In this document: positions 29,656-40,148 of the stretch, one piece after another
How positions within the stretch are numbered: the first letter of the stretch is position 1
How the letters are laid out: every line of letters begins with the position of its first letter
Assembly (NCBI GenBank): GCA_033764315.1
Contig: JANRJA010000217.1
Location: 1 to 45,210 of the forward strand
Reading direction: 5' to 3'
Source of the DNA: Oculatellaceae cyanobacterium bins.114
GTDB taxonomy: Bacteria > Cyanobacteriota > Cyanobacteriia > Elainellales > Elainellaceae
DNA: 45,210 nucleotides
The notes under the pieces: model-generated
Seen by the model: the letters and a program-made list of their open reading frames with translations, nothing else
What the model was told of the DNA's origin: nothing
Databases searched by the model: none
Made by a program: the position numbers and the translations under genes

Positions 29656-31680
29656 TTAGCTAGAGATCCCACGAGATCTGAGCGTTGCCCGTCCCTGATA
29701 GGGTGTTTTACCCACAATGCGAGACGGCAAAAGAGGAGTCACAACACCATCGGCACTAGAGCGAGCAATTGGCAGTGTGAAATGAAACTGGCTCCCTCTA
29801 TCTCGACCATCTGACTCTGCCCAAATTTGGCCTCCCAATCCTCGAACAATTTGACGACAAATCGCCAACCCTAAACCTGTGCCTCCGGTTGTTCGTCGCA
29901 GTGCTCCTTCTTCTTGATAAAAGCGATCAAACACCGTCTCTAAGCGATTAGGTTCAATCCCTCGTCCTGTGTCTGCAATGGTTACTTTAATCATCTTGCC
30001 GCCACTGAGACTGGCCGCGATCGTCACCTGTCCTTGCGACTCTGTAAACTTACAAGCGTTATCTAACAATCGAGACAACACCTCCACCAGCCACTCGCCA
30101 TCGGCTTGCACCAGCGGCAGGTCAAGCGGTACTTGAGACGTGACTTGAGGCAAAGGATTATCAGACTGGCGCACCCGTAGGCTACTCAATGCTAGTTCTA
30201 CACACTCATCAATCGAGATGGGTTCTAGATGCCACTCAATCCGACCACTCTCTAACCGAGACAAGGTCAAAAAGTCACGAATCAAGGTTCGCATTCGTTC
30301 TGCATCGGTCAAGGCAGTGCTAAGCATAACCTGACGCAGTTCAGGGGACATATCCGGTTCACTGGCAAGGCTTTCTAGGCACACCTGAATGGTTGACAAA
30401 GGTGTCCGCAGTTCATGCCCGGTAATCGCAATTAAATTACTGCGTGTGCGTTCCAACGCTTCTAGTTGTTGATTGAGATCTTCAAGATTGGCATAGGCCT
30501 CCGCTTGAATGATGGCCACCCCCAACTGCGTGGCGATCGCCTCTACCATGCCAATCTCATCATCTGACCAGAGGTGAGCACTAGCTTGACAGTGGTGTAG
30601 CTCTACCATGCCCAGCAATCTCCCCTGATAGACAACAGGCACCATCAACCAAGAGCGAATTTGCCAGCGTTCAATCAATGTGGCAAGCAGGGTGAGATCA
30701 AATCGTTTCTCAATCTCAGTATTCGCAATCGCAATGGGTTCTTGTGATTGCACTACCGTTTGAAACAACGGGTTATTTTGCAACGACCAGGAATGCCCCT
30801 GAAGGGACGCGATCGCATTACTTTTAAGCGATTCATAGGTAATTGTAGTCGTGGCATCAGTTGCTTTACAGCGGTAGAGAATGCAACGACAGACAGACAT
30901 TGCCTGTCCTAGTTCTTGCACTGCCACCTTAAAAATTTCTTCTGGATTGAGCGATCGCCGAATAGCAGCCGTAATCGAGTTAACCAACCGTTCTTTCCGT
31001 TCTTTAGCCGCGATCGAGCGGTAGGCTTTGAGGAGTTTATATTGCCCCGCCTGGAGGTGAGTCACCAACCGTTGAGCAAACGGGTCAGGGTCAACCTCTT
31101 GTTTTTTAGATGGGGCTTCTGTCAAAAACTCAGCTTTTGCCTGCTCAATTTTGCCCGCCAAATCAGGACGGTAAATCAAAATCCGATCTAACAACAGCTC
31201 GGCTGCCTCACAACTAACCTGTCGATCAAACGTCCAGATGCCCTCAAAGCGACGAGTTTGATCCATTCCCATCGGCTCAGATGCCGTCTCTTTAGCCGTT
31301 TTGAGACGTTCTCGACAGATTAAGCAGGTGGAGTATTGTTTACCCAAAACCACCAGATGCCATTCCTGGCTGAGTTGGTCGCTCGACTCAAAGGCGATCG
31401 TCTCATAGTGGTCTGAGCCATTCATAAAGCTCGTCTCAGGCGCAGCCAGCACATACACCTGTGAGGTCAGCTCTGAGATGCGCAGATAACGATGCGCCTC
31501 TTGACGATAAAATCGCTCTCGCTGAAAGCTGGCAATGACGAGAGGCTGCTCTCCAACCGCCAAAACTTGATCTTCCATCGCGTGAGACAACGCAGTTAAG
31601 GAAGACTTGAAATAAAGCTGAGATCGCAAATGAGGCAGTCTTTGCAATAACTCTTCCAATACGGAAGTGGAAATGCTCAT
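29656..31680 (-). CDS. hik2: DICT-GAF sensor histidine kinase, Hik2/CSK-like
   Basis: YFKSSLTALSHAMED (DICT), GAF domain, GHELRTPL, LLDNACKFT, DTGRGI, GTGLGLAI. Confidence 0.85.
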   Translation of the reverse strand: MSISTSVLEELLQRLPHLRSQLYFKSSLTALSHAMEDQVLAVGEQPLVIASFQRERFYRQEAHRYLRISELTSQVYVLAAPETSFMNGSDHYETIAFESSDQLSQEWHLVVLGKQYSTCLICRERLKTAKETASEPMGMDQTRRFEGIWTFDRQVSCEAAELLLDRILIYRPDLAGKIEQAKAEFLTEAPSKKQEVDPDPFAQRLVTHLQAGQYKLLKAYRSIAAKERKERLVNSITAAIRRSLNPEEIFKVAVQELGQAMSVCRCILYRCKATDATTTITYESLKSNAIASLQGHSWSLQNNPLFQTVVQSQEPIAIANTEIEKRFDLTLLATLIERWQIRSWLMVPVVYQGRLLGMVELHHCQASAHLWSDDEIGMVEAIATQLGVAIIQAEAYANLEDLNQQLEALERTRSNLIAITGHELRTPLSTIQVCLESLASEPDMSPELRQVMLSTALTDAERMRTLIRDFLTLSRLESGRIEWHLEPISIDECVELALSSLRVRQSDNPLPQVTSQVPLDLPLVQADGEWLVEVLSRLLDNACKFTESQGQVTIAASLSGGKMIKVTIADTGRGIEPNRLETVFDRFYQEEGALRRTTGGTGLGLAICRQIVRGLGGQIWAESDGRDRGSQFHFTLPIARSSADGVVTPLLPSRIVGKTPYQGRATLRSRGISS

Positions 31681-31842
31681 GCGACCCAAATTCCTTTCGG
31701 CGTGAAGTGACTCGTCACAAAAGTTAGCAATCGTTTCACCGAACTTGCTGAAGTGCTCTCTAGTCCACTATATATTTTCTGCCAAAAGGGGAGGGTTGCG
31801 GCAACACTGCTTTAGAGATGATTGAATTTTGATGCCAAAAGA

Positions 31843-33480
31843 TTACGAAATTGAAACAGTTCCAGAATTTTGGGGGTGGAGTAGAGAACTTCCTTCACAG
31901 TAATCGGGTATTGGCGCATCTAACAGCGTCAAGATGGTTGGAGCCAAATCAGTGAGACGACCCGGTTGAGGCAACGTTGCATTTGCTTCAATTCCGGGGC
32001 CTTTGGTCATCAAGAAGCCAACGGGTTTGTGCCCCCCTGTGTTGCAATAGGGAATTGGACCAATGCGTCCAAACTCAGGACTATCGACTACATCAATAGG
32101 GCGATCGCGCCATTCCACAATCAGATCGGCCGTCACCGATCCAGGTTTTGTCTCCATCGCCGTTTCACGAGTCCGAACTACTCGCAACACCATAGGTTCA
32201 CCCGTACGCGCATCTTTGAGTTGATATAGCTTGGCGGTCAGATCTTCACAAATCTGAGCATAGTCAGCTGGGTCAACCATGCCGTGTGCTTCACGTCCTT
32301 TCACATTGATCCGCACATGCCCATCTGAAAAGTTAGGCAAAGCAAACGCCTTCATCGTGGACCAAAGCGGGCGATACCACAAAGTAGGCTGCCAAAATAG
32401 AGACGGATATTGCTTTAGCAACTGATAAGGCGACACCAGACTGGGTTGACTTGACGTCCAGAGTTGGTCGAGCTTGTCTTGAAACTTACCTGGAAGCCAT
32501 TGCCGTATCCACCGCTTTAATGGATTGGAATCATATCGCCGCTGCCAGACCTCGCCAGCCCAGCTTTGCCGCTTGGGCTTGCTAACGGGGGGAGGGGGAG
32601 GAGTGTTGGGATTTCCTTTAGCCAATGCAAATTGACCCGGAAAGTTATAGCGGTAGAGAAACTCAGGCAAAAAGACCATCGTGGGAATGTCAGTCGAGTT
32701 TGCCCCCATGCCATCAACTGAAAACACCATGACATAGGCATCGTCTGGGGCTTGAGCGATGATCTCACCGATCGCCTGGTCAATCGCTTCATACACTTCT
32801 AGTAACGGATCTCCCTCAAACACGTCTGTGGGGCGATAGGGATGCAGGGGGTGATCAGGTTGGCTGATATACCAAAAGTCGTGGCTGGCGTAGTGTGCTT
32901 CGTCGATGACCGTGAGAAACAAATCCCACTGGTCTTGCCGCAGCATGTCACGGCACATCGCAAGCTGACGTTTGATGCCAGCATGAACGGTTTTGTGTAA
33001 GTACCGCAAATTGTTCTTATCCCAAAAACAGCCGTACTCCTTATAAACCGGAAGTTTGCCATATTGCTCATAAAGCTGGTTGAGCAATTCAGGAGGGCGC
33101 GATCGCCGTCTACCCACTTGAGGCCCATTAACGTTGTCAGACATAGGAATCTGAGGAGTTCTCAGGACGGCAACTTTGTAGTCCTCCCCTAAAGCGTAGA
33201 AAGGAGGATGTTGCTCAAAGTTATAAACGCCCTCTTCAGCCACATCATAAGTAGTTTGGTTAAAGCCCAAACGCCCCCAATATCCTGTTTTTTCAGGAGA
33301 ACACCCTGTCAAAAACGAGGTCCATTGCATCTCTTCAGGTGAGCTACCGTAGGTCAAAGGGCCATAGGTTCCCTGCGATCGCAGCGCATTCAAATTTTTG
33401 AGGTGTCCCTGAGCCATCCAGGCTTCTAGCAATTCTGGATGAACGGTGTCGATACCAATAGCGATAACAGGACGCTTCAT
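31843..33480 (-). CDS. Alkaline phosphatase superfamily protein (type I phosphodiesterase / nucleotide pyrophosphatase)
   Basis: VIAIGID, WTSFLTG, RINVKGRE..G, GGHKP, DLAPTIL. Confidence 0.85.
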   Translation of the reverse strand: MKRPVIAIGIDTVHPELLEAWMAQGHLKNLNALRSQGTYGPLTYGSSPEEMQWTSFLTGCSPEKTGYWGRLGFNQTTYDVAEEGVYNFEQHPPFYALGEDYKVAVLRTPQIPMSDNVNGPQVGRRRSRPPELLNQLYEQYGKLPVYKEYGCFWDKNNLRYLHKTVHAGIKRQLAMCRDMLRQDQWDLFLTVIDEAHYASHDFWYISQPDHPLHPYRPTDVFEGDPLLEVYEAIDQAIGEIIAQAPDDAYVMVFSVDGMGANSTDIPTMVFLPEFLYRYNFPGQFALAKGNPNTPPPPPVSKPKRQSWAGEVWQRRYDSNPLKRWIRQWLPGKFQDKLDQLWTSSQPSLVSPYQLLKQYPSLFWQPTLWYRPLWSTMKAFALPNFSDGHVRINVKGREAHGMVDPADYAQICEDLTAKLYQLKDARTGEPMVLRVVRTRETAMETKPGSVTADLIVEWRDRPIDVVDSPEFGRIGPIPYCNTGGHKPVGFLMTKGPGIEANATLPQPGRLTDLAPTILTLLDAPIPDYCEGSSLLHPQNSGTVSIS

Positions 33481-33790
33481 GCATTTTCTCCGGGGAGTCA
33501 AACCTGGGTAAGACAGTTACTTAAGGTGATTCGCTTAAGTGTGATTTTAAGTGAAATTTTAAAGGGGTTACAGTGCTCAATAGGTCATAAACCCGCTCAC
33601 GGAGCAGGAGACAACCTAATTTACACTGCACTTTTTCGATGTTAGAGAGCCAAGTTCAATTCGGCTATTGCCTTTAACCATCTTCATCGGTTCTTTTCAG
33701 ATGAAGGGTCTTCACGATGGATGCATGAAGTTTCTGTGAAATCTTAAGTGGAGTCTTTAGGATATAGACGGCAGGGTTTTCGCTCACAGG

Positions 33791-33830
33791 ACTGGTTTGA
33801 TATATCAGAGACTGGTTTGATATATCAGAG
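33791..33830 (+). repeat. Perfect 20-bp tandem duplication containing the palindrome TGATATATCA
   Basis: ACTGGTTTGATATATCAGAG x2. Confidence 0.9.
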
Positions 33831-33895
33831 GATGTAGATGTGCGACTTAGCCACACTCTCCCGCTTACTTAAACTCCACTTACTTGACGCTCAGT

Positions 33896-34639
33896 ATGTC
33901 TTCTGAAACACCTCAACCCTCATCCTCTTCATCTCGTCGTTTAGAGATGCTGTTGACGACTCTGTTGAGTTGGGTGCCTTTGTCGATTGGCTTTACCTTA
34001 CGACAGCAGTTTTATCGCTTTATTCTCGGCAAAATCGGCAAACCTGTTTATATCGAGCCAGGGGTTGAGCTGTTAAACACAAAGGGCATTGAGCTAGGCA
34101 ATGGAGTCAGACTATTACGGGGCGATCGCCTTGATAGCCAGGGCAAAAATAGCTGCATTCGCTTGGGCAACCATGTCCAGTTTGCGTATGGAGTAGGCAT
34201 CAAAGTCAGCCGAGAGAATTGTGTGATCGAAATTGGCGATCGCACCTCGATTGGCCCTTATGTAGTAATTCATGGTCCTGGCAATATTAAGATCGGTCAG
34301 GATTGCTTGATTGCCGCTCACACAGGCATCTACGCCAGTAACCACCAGTTTGCCGACCCCGATCGCAAAATTCGTGATCAGGGGTTAAGCCGTAAGGGAA
34401 TCGTGATTGAGGATGACTGTTGGTTAGGGCACAAGGTTTCAGTGCTGGATGGCGTTACGATTGGCAAGGGCAGCGTGATTGGCGCAGGCGCGGTTGTCAC
34501 CAAAGATATTCCCCCTTATTCGATTGCTGTGGGGGTTCCCGCAAAGGTGATTGGTCAACGCCGCCAATCTGACCCTCACCCCGATCCTCAGTCATTAGAA
34601 GAAGTTGCTATGCCTGTTAAGGAGATGCTGGATGTCTGA
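33896..34639 (+). CDS. Hexapeptide-repeat (left-handed beta-helix) acyltransferase
   Basis: GIVIEDDCWLG..V.VLDGVTIGKGSVIGAGAVVTKDIP..SIAVGVPAK. Confidence 0.92.
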   Translation: MSSETPQPSSSSSRRLEMLLTTLLSWVPLSIGFTLRQQFYRFILGKIGKPVYIEPGVELLNTKGIELGNGVRLLRGDRLDSQGKNSCIRLGNHVQFAYGVGIKVSRENCVIEIGDRTSIGPYVVIHGPGNIKIGQDCLIAAHTGIYASNHQFADPDRKIRDQGLSRKGIVIEDDCWLGHKVSVLDGVTIGKGSVIGAGAVVTKDIPPYSIAVGVPAKVIGQRRQSDPHPDPQSLEEVAMPVKEMLDV

Positions 34640-35606
34640 ATGGAAGCTCAATACACCCGTCGCAATGCTGATCTTTAAACGCCCTCAAACAACAGAAAAA
34701 GTGTTTGAAGCCGTTCGGCAAGCAAAACCTCCCAAGTTACTCATCGTCAGCAACACCCTCAGCAAAACCCCAGATGAGCCATTAGAAGAAAAGTGTGCAG
34801 CGACCCGTGCCATTATTGAGCGGGTCGATTGGGACTGTGAAGTGCTAAAGAACTATGCTGACACCTACATGGGCTGCAAACAGCGCATTTATAGTGGCTT
34901 AGATTGGGTGTTTCAACAGGTCGATCGCGCCATTGTTTTAGAAGACGATTGCATTCCCCATCCCAGTTTTTGGCAGTTTTGTGATGAGTTGCTCGATCGC
35001 TATCAAGACGACGATCGCATTGCCGCCATTACGGGCGATAACTTTCAATTGGGGCGCAAACGCACTCCTGACAGTTATTATTTTTCTCGCTATACCCACT
35101 TTTGGGGTTGGGCAACGTGGCGACGGGCATGGCAGCACTATGATGTCAATATGAGTCGCTGGCCAGAACTGCGAGATAACGGTTGGCTAGAGCAATTTTT
35201 AGGCGAGCCTGAGGCCGCTGAATGGTGGCGAGACACCTTTCAAAGAACCTATGACGAAAAGGTCGATACCTGGGATTGGCAGTGGATTCTCTCGTGTTGG
35301 GTCAACAACGGATTGACGATCGTTCCTAATGTCAATTTAGTTTCCAATATTGGGTTTAATGCTGGAGCAACCCACACGGGAGATGCTAGTGATTGGCGTG
35401 CCAACATGCTCACTGAGGAAATGAAGTTTCCGCTGAAACACCCTGCAACGGTGAGTCGTCATGCAGAAGCCGATCGCTTTGAGCAACATGAATATTACAA
35501 CTTCATTACTAATCAACGAAAGCTAGAATATCGGCTAAAACGACGTTTTCGAGTAGCAAAACGAGCCTTGCAAGACCAGCTCAAAGCCGTTTTTGCAACT
35601 CGCTAA
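34632..35606 (+). CDS. GT-A fold glycosyltransferase (family often labelled hemolytic protein HlpA-like)
   Basis: TPVAMLIFKRP, AIVLEDDC, WGWATWRRAW, NLVSNIGF. Confidence 0.85.
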   Translation: MSEWKLNTPVAMLIFKRPQTTEKVFEAVRQAKPPKLLIVSNTLSKTPDEPLEEKCAATRAIIERVDWDCEVLKNYADTYMGCKQRIYSGLDWVFQQVDRAIVLEDDCIPHPSFWQFCDELLDRYQDDDRIAAITGDNFQLGRKRTPDSYYFSRYTHFWGWATWRRAWQHYDVNMSRWPELRDNGWLEQFLGEPEAAEWWRDTFQRTYDEKVDTWDWQWILSCWVNNGLTIVPNVNLVSNIGFNAGATHTGDASDWRANMLTEEMKFPLKHPATVSRHAEADRFEQHEYYNFITNQRKLEYRLKRRFRVAKRALQDQLKAVFATR

Positions 35607-35611
35607 CAATC

Positions 35612-35644
35612 AGCTCCCCGGAATCTTCAAGATTCCGGGGAGCT
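35612..35644. terminator. Palindromic repeat / terminator after the glycosyltransferase
   Basis: AGCTCCCCGGAATCTT-C-AAGATTCCGGGGAGCT. Confidence 0.7.
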
Positions 35645-35668
35645 AGAGATTTCAGGGATTTGAGATAT

Positions 35669-35682
35669 AGTACAAGTGAACT
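35669..35682 (+). promoter_or_regulatory. Possible cyanobacterial LexA box upstream of recQ
   Basis: AGTAC-AAGT-GAACT, one mismatch to RGTACNNNDGTWCB, 45 nt upstream of a DNA repair gene. Confidence 0.35.
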
Positions 35683-35727
35683 TTACCAATTTTGCGGCAC
35701 TATAGGTAAAGATTCGCTTGAGTTATC

Positions 35728-37326
35728 ATGACCCCCGATGTATTGACCCCTCCCCAGTTTCAGTCGCTAGAGCAAGCCCTGCATCACTTCTTTGGATACG
35801 ATCGCTTTCGTCAGGGTCAACAAGAGGTGATCGAAGTTGCCTTGCAAAACCAGGATTTGCTAGTGGTCATGCCCACAGGTCGGGGCAAGTCTCTTTGTTT
35901 TCAATTGCCTGCCTTATTGAAACCGGGGATTACGGTAGTGGTTTCTCCTCTAATTGCGTTAATGCAAGATCAAGTAGAGGCGTTGCAAGCACGAGGCATT
36001 GGGGCAACGTTCCTAAACAGCAGCTTGAAAGTGGCAGAGGTGCGCCAACGTGAGGCCGCCATTCTCAATGGCACGATTAAACTTTTGTATGTTGCTCCAG
36101 AACGGTTGATGGCAGAGAAGTTTTTGCCGTTTTTAGAGCGTATTCATGCTGAGATTGGCATTGCCACCTTTGCGATCGACGAGGCTCATTGTCTATCGGA
36201 GTGGGGACACGATTTTCGCCCAGAATATCGGCAATTAAAAGAGTTGCGGCGACGCTATCCAGATGTGCCGTTTTTAGCATTAACCGCCACAGCCACAGAT
36301 CGGGTGCGACAAGACATTGTTCATCAACTGCAATTGCGATCGCCCCTGATTCACGTTGCCAGTTTCAACCGCCAAAACCTTTACTACGAAGTTCGTCCCA
36401 AACAAAAATATGCCTACAAAGATCTGTTCAAACTCATTCATCAAACGGAGGGAGCAGGGATTGTCTATTGCCTCAGTCGCAAAAAAGTGGATGAGATCAC
36501 CTATCGACTCCAAGAAGATGGGGTTGAGGCATTACCTTATCACGCTGGGTTGAGCGATGCAGAGCGAACGTTGAATCAAACCCGTTTCATTCAAGGCGAG
36601 GTCAGGGTCATGGTGGCAACGATCGCCTTTGGCATGGGCATCGATAAGCCTGACATTCGATTTGTGATTCACTTTGACCTGCCGCGCAACATGGAAGGAT
36701 ATTACCAGGAGTGTGGACGGGCAGGACGAGATGGACAACCTAGTGCCTGCACCTTATTTTTTAGTTACGGTGACATTAAAACGATTGAATATCTGATTGC
36801 TCAAAAGGTTCACCCCGTGACGGGCGATCCACTGCAAGAAGAACAGCAAATTGCCCGTCAGCAACTGCGTCAGGTGCTCGATTATGCTGAGGGCTTAGAC
36901 TGCCGCCGAATTATTCAACTCGGCTACTTTGGCGAACGATTTGAGGGGCACTGTGGTAATTGCGATAATTGCCTCAATCCCAAACCCCTTGAAGACTGGA
37001 CAATTGAGGCACAAAAGTTTCTCTCGTGTGTGGCTCGCTGTGATCAGCGATTTGGCATGAAGTACATCATTGATGTGTTACGAGGGTCAAAAGACCAACG
37101 CATTCTCAAGAACGGACACCATCGCCTCTCGACCTATGGCATCGGCAAAGACCAAAGTGCCGATGAATGGCGGATCTTGGGGCGATCGCTCTTGCACCAG
37201 GGGTTCTTGGAGGAAACCAGTGATGGTTACTCGGTGCTCAAACTCAATGCTGAAAGCTGGCAAGTCATGCGAAAACAGCGATCGGTGTATGTAGCGATGC
37301 CAAATGTGGTGAGTCAGTATGATTAA
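35728..37326 (+). CDS. recQ: ATP-dependent DNA helicase RecQ lacking the HRDC domain
   Basis: MPTGRGKS, DEAHC, ALTATA, QECGRAGRDG, CRR...CGNCDNC, RQC winged helix. Confidence 0.95.
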   Translation: MTPDVLTPPQFQSLEQALHHFFGYDRFRQGQQEVIEVALQNQDLLVVMPTGRGKSLCFQLPALLKPGITVVVSPLIALMQDQVEALQARGIGATFLNSSLKVAEVRQREAAILNGTIKLLYVAPERLMAEKFLPFLERIHAEIGIATFAIDEAHCLSEWGHDFRPEYRQLKELRRRYPDVPFLALTATATDRVRQDIVHQLQLRSPLIHVASFNRQNLYYEVRPKQKYAYKDLFKLIHQTEGAGIVYCLSRKKVDEITYRLQEDGVEALPYHAGLSDAERTLNQTRFIQGEVRVMVATIAFGMGIDKPDIRFVIHFDLPRNMEGYYQECGRAGRDGQPSACTLFFSYGDIKTIEYLIAQKVHPVTGDPLQEEQQIARQQLRQVLDYAEGLDCRRIIQLGYFGERFEGHCGNCDNCLNPKPLEDWTIEAQKFLSCVARCDQRFGMKYIIDVLRGSKDQRILKNGHHRLSTYGIGKDQSADEWRILGRSLLHQGFLEETSDGYSVLKLNAESWQVMRKQRSVYVAMPNVVSQYD

Positions 37327-37450
37327 GCCTCAAAGTAGTAGTGTTTTTCGACAGCTTGAAGAATAGTCCAGGTGCAACTCATACCCGCTGGAAAGGTGAC
37401 TAAATCACCCTTTCCCAGTTGTACAGGTTCCCCATCTTGTGGAGTTACGT

Positions 37451-38329
37451 TCACAAAACACCCTTATCGGTCTGCGGAAAAATAGCCGCAAACAGGGCAG
37501 AATAATCACTCTCAGCTAAGCCTGCATCACAGGCTGATTCTAAAATCTGACGGACTCCAGCTAAACTATCCACTCGTAAATGGGCCGCGATCGCCTCTTC
37601 TAAAAAGAGTCGGGTATCCTTCAACAAATGCTTAGTTGGAAAGTTAGGGTTCGCGTAATTGCCTTCTACCATGCGCTGCAATTTCTTATCAAACGTGGGA
37701 GCATAGAGCGCACTTTGCCGCAGAATTTGCATAAAAGTTTCCACATCAACACCCTGCTGTTGCACAAACCCCAAACTTAAGGCAAAGGCAGCCGTGAGAG
37801 AGCTGATCAATTGATTGAGGGCTAGCTTTAACGCCGCCGCAGAACCGACCTCACCGATTAATCGGGGCTGTTCACCAAACTGCTGAAACAAGGGCATCCA
37901 CTGTTGGAACTGGGCTTCAGACGCACCCACCATAATCTGCAATTTACCCGCTTCCACCTCAGCGATGCTGCCCAGCACTGGAGCCTCTAAGTAGTCTCCT
38001 CCTACAGCAGCGATCGCCTGTTGAAGTTCGCGGCTCTGACTGGGGGCGATCGTGCCCATTTGAATGATGGTGCGGTGAGCCAAGTGAGGCCGAGTGACAT
38101 CTGATAGCAACACCTGATGAATAGCTGGCGCATCACTCAACATGAGAATTACAGCATCACAGCGTTGCAATACGTCAGCGGGAGTATCGGCAATTTCAAC
38201 CCCTGCGGCTTTTAGAGGGTCTAACTTTGTGGCGGTGCGATTATAGGCAACCACAGGGGTTCCAGCCAGCAGCAATCGCTTTGCCATAGGCAGTCCCATC
38301 AATCCGATGCCGATCAGTCCAATATCCAC
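37451..38329 (-). CDS. NAD(P)-dependent 3-hydroxyisobutyrate/glyoxylate reductase family dehydrogenase
   Basis: GLIGIGLMG, YLEAPVLGS, ALKLALN, FPTKHLLKD; GTG start. Confidence 0.92.
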   Translation of the reverse strand: MDIGLIGIGLMGLPMAKRLLLAGTPVVAYNRTATKLDPLKAAGVEIADTPADVLQRCDAVILMLSDAPAIHQVLLSDVTRPHLAHRTIIQMGTIAPSQSRELQQAIAAVGGDYLEAPVLGSIAEVEAGKLQIMVGASEAQFQQWMPLFQQFGEQPRLIGEVGSAAALKLALNQLISSLTAAFALSLGFVQQQGVDVETFMQILRQSALYAPTFDKKLQRMVEGNYANPNFPTKHLLKDTRLFLEEAIAAHLRVDSLAGVRQILESACDAGLAESDYSALFAAIFPQTDKGVL

Positions 38330-38891
38330 GCAAAATACTCCCTGGTTTCTTACGATTCTAGCGATCGCCCCACCGTCATTCCGCAGTCACTCCACAGTCA
38401 CTGTGCGATCGTGATGACACAACTATCATTCCGCAATTAGTACGACACCCCACTGCTTTAATTCAACTCTATTCGAGTTCTACCTTTCGACTTTTTTTAC
38501 CATGCACCTTGGATAGAGCAAAGCCAGCGATCGCCTCATTGCGACAAAGGCATGAAGTCGATTTAGGATGGCTATAGCCGTAGCCACATTCGATGGGGCG
38601 GAGGCGAGTCAGAAAGCTTTCCCAGTATCAGGATTTGAGCCATTGCCTTTGCCTTAAGCTTTCTGACCAAAGCTATATATATGAGATATAGCAGTCCTAA
38701 ATCAGTTGTGAAATAGGCGGGTTGTGAGAGGCGCACCCCATTTGGGATTGCCATATATGAGTTGGTACTCAACAAATCAGTGTGGAACAAGGGGCTTAAG
38801 CTCCTTATCTAATGCAGCTTCATACTCTCTGGCAGCGGGTTGAGCGCAGTCGAAACCCAAAGTGTGAGCTGAGTTTGAGACTGACTTGGTT

Positions 38892-39761
38892 TTAATTGGG
38901 CAAAATTGGCAATAGCAGGGTCACGAAGTAATAGACCAAAGGTGCCGTAAACACATAGCTATCTGCCCGATCGAGGATGCCCCCATGACCGGGGATGAGT
39001 TGCCCGGAGTCTTTGACCCCGGCATCTCGTTTCATCATTGACTCGGTCAAATCGCCTAAAAGACTGGCAATACCAATAATTAAACCTAATGCCAAACCCG
39101 TTAGCGGCCATCCAGACCAATCGAGATACCAGGTGCCAAAAATAGCGACGGCTATGCTCGCTGCGACGCCAAACACCGCCCCTTCTACGGTCTTTTTAGG
39201 GCTGATGTCAGACAGTCGAGTGCGCCCAAAAAACTTGCCAACGACATAAGCCCCAATATCGGCAGCCCAAATGCAGACAAACGCCAACAACGTGACGGTT
39301 AAGCCTTGAGGCAACGCTTGCACATCTGTAATGGGAAATGCCCAATAGCCATCGAGCGGCAAGTTACTCATCTCTGCATGCTCTAGCGATCGCAACCTGA
39401 CCCAATAGCTGGGTAAATAGCCTCCATAAAACAACCCCAAAATGGAAGCTGAGATATCAGCAATCGTGGCAAATTTGGGTTGAAACAATAAATAAAAGCA
39501 AATACAGGTGCCTGCAATCGGTACGACGGCATCCGATAAAGCAGGCGCAATGGTACAAATAATCAGCAAAACTTGAGTCGCTGCCAGGGTTGTTTTTGCA
39601 GCAGGGGCAATCCCTTTAGCTCGAACAAGTTGAAAGTATTCGAGTTGACCCAGGTAGACAATGACACCAAACGCCAGGGTGAAATACCATCCCCCTAGAA
39701 ATGTCATCCCCAGGGCAAGGACGATCGCAACAATAGCACTGAGGATACGCGGCAAGGGCAT
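38892..39761 (-). CDS. cdsA: Phosphatidate cytidylyltransferase
   Basis: WAADIGAY, ISPKKTVEG, GDLTESMMKRDAGVKDSG.LIPGHGGILDR.DS. Confidence 0.96.
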   Translation of the reverse strand: MPLPRILSAIVAIVLALGMTFLGGWYFTLAFGVIVYLGQLEYFQLVRAKGIAPAAKTTLAATQVLLIICTIAPALSDAVVPIAGTCICFYLLFQPKFATIADISASILGLFYGGYLPSYWVRLRSLEHAEMSNLPLDGYWAFPITDVQALPQGLTVTLLAFVCIWAADIGAYVVGKFFGRTRLSDISPKKTVEGAVFGVAASIAVAIFGTWYLDWSGWPLTGLALGLIIGIASLLGDLTESMMKRDAGVKDSGQLIPGHGGILDRADSYVFTAPLVYYFVTLLLPILPN

Positions 39762-40148
39762 AAATAACGAATTGGCAATATAAAAAAGTTGTCAATAACT
39801 GAGTTAGGTCAACCATCAACAAGATGTCAACAGCGATCGCAAGTTAAGGCGTGACGCAGGCAACGTTTAATAAGTCAAGCCAACTGTAGCAACACGGCTG
39901 CTAGAGGCAAGAGTTAAAGGGTGCAATCCTCTTGGCTCAGGCTTTATGACCATCGGCACACAGTGGACTAGGTTCAATGGGATTAGGGTTAACGGGGATT
40001 AGGGTCAACCAAGTTCAACCGTAACAGCTTTTTTTGTGTTGAACCGTGGATTTTATTAAATTCAGGTTAAAGATAAATGTTGCACACTTTAACCTCTATT
40101 CCAAGAAGTCTGAGGCAGATTTGTATTCAAAGGCTGAATTTTCCTGAC

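Noticed and set aside
38330..38891. Long intergenic region as a possible ncRNA or small gene
   Set aside because: Only a short dispersed repeat and a weak 72-aa ORF; no recognisable RNA family.
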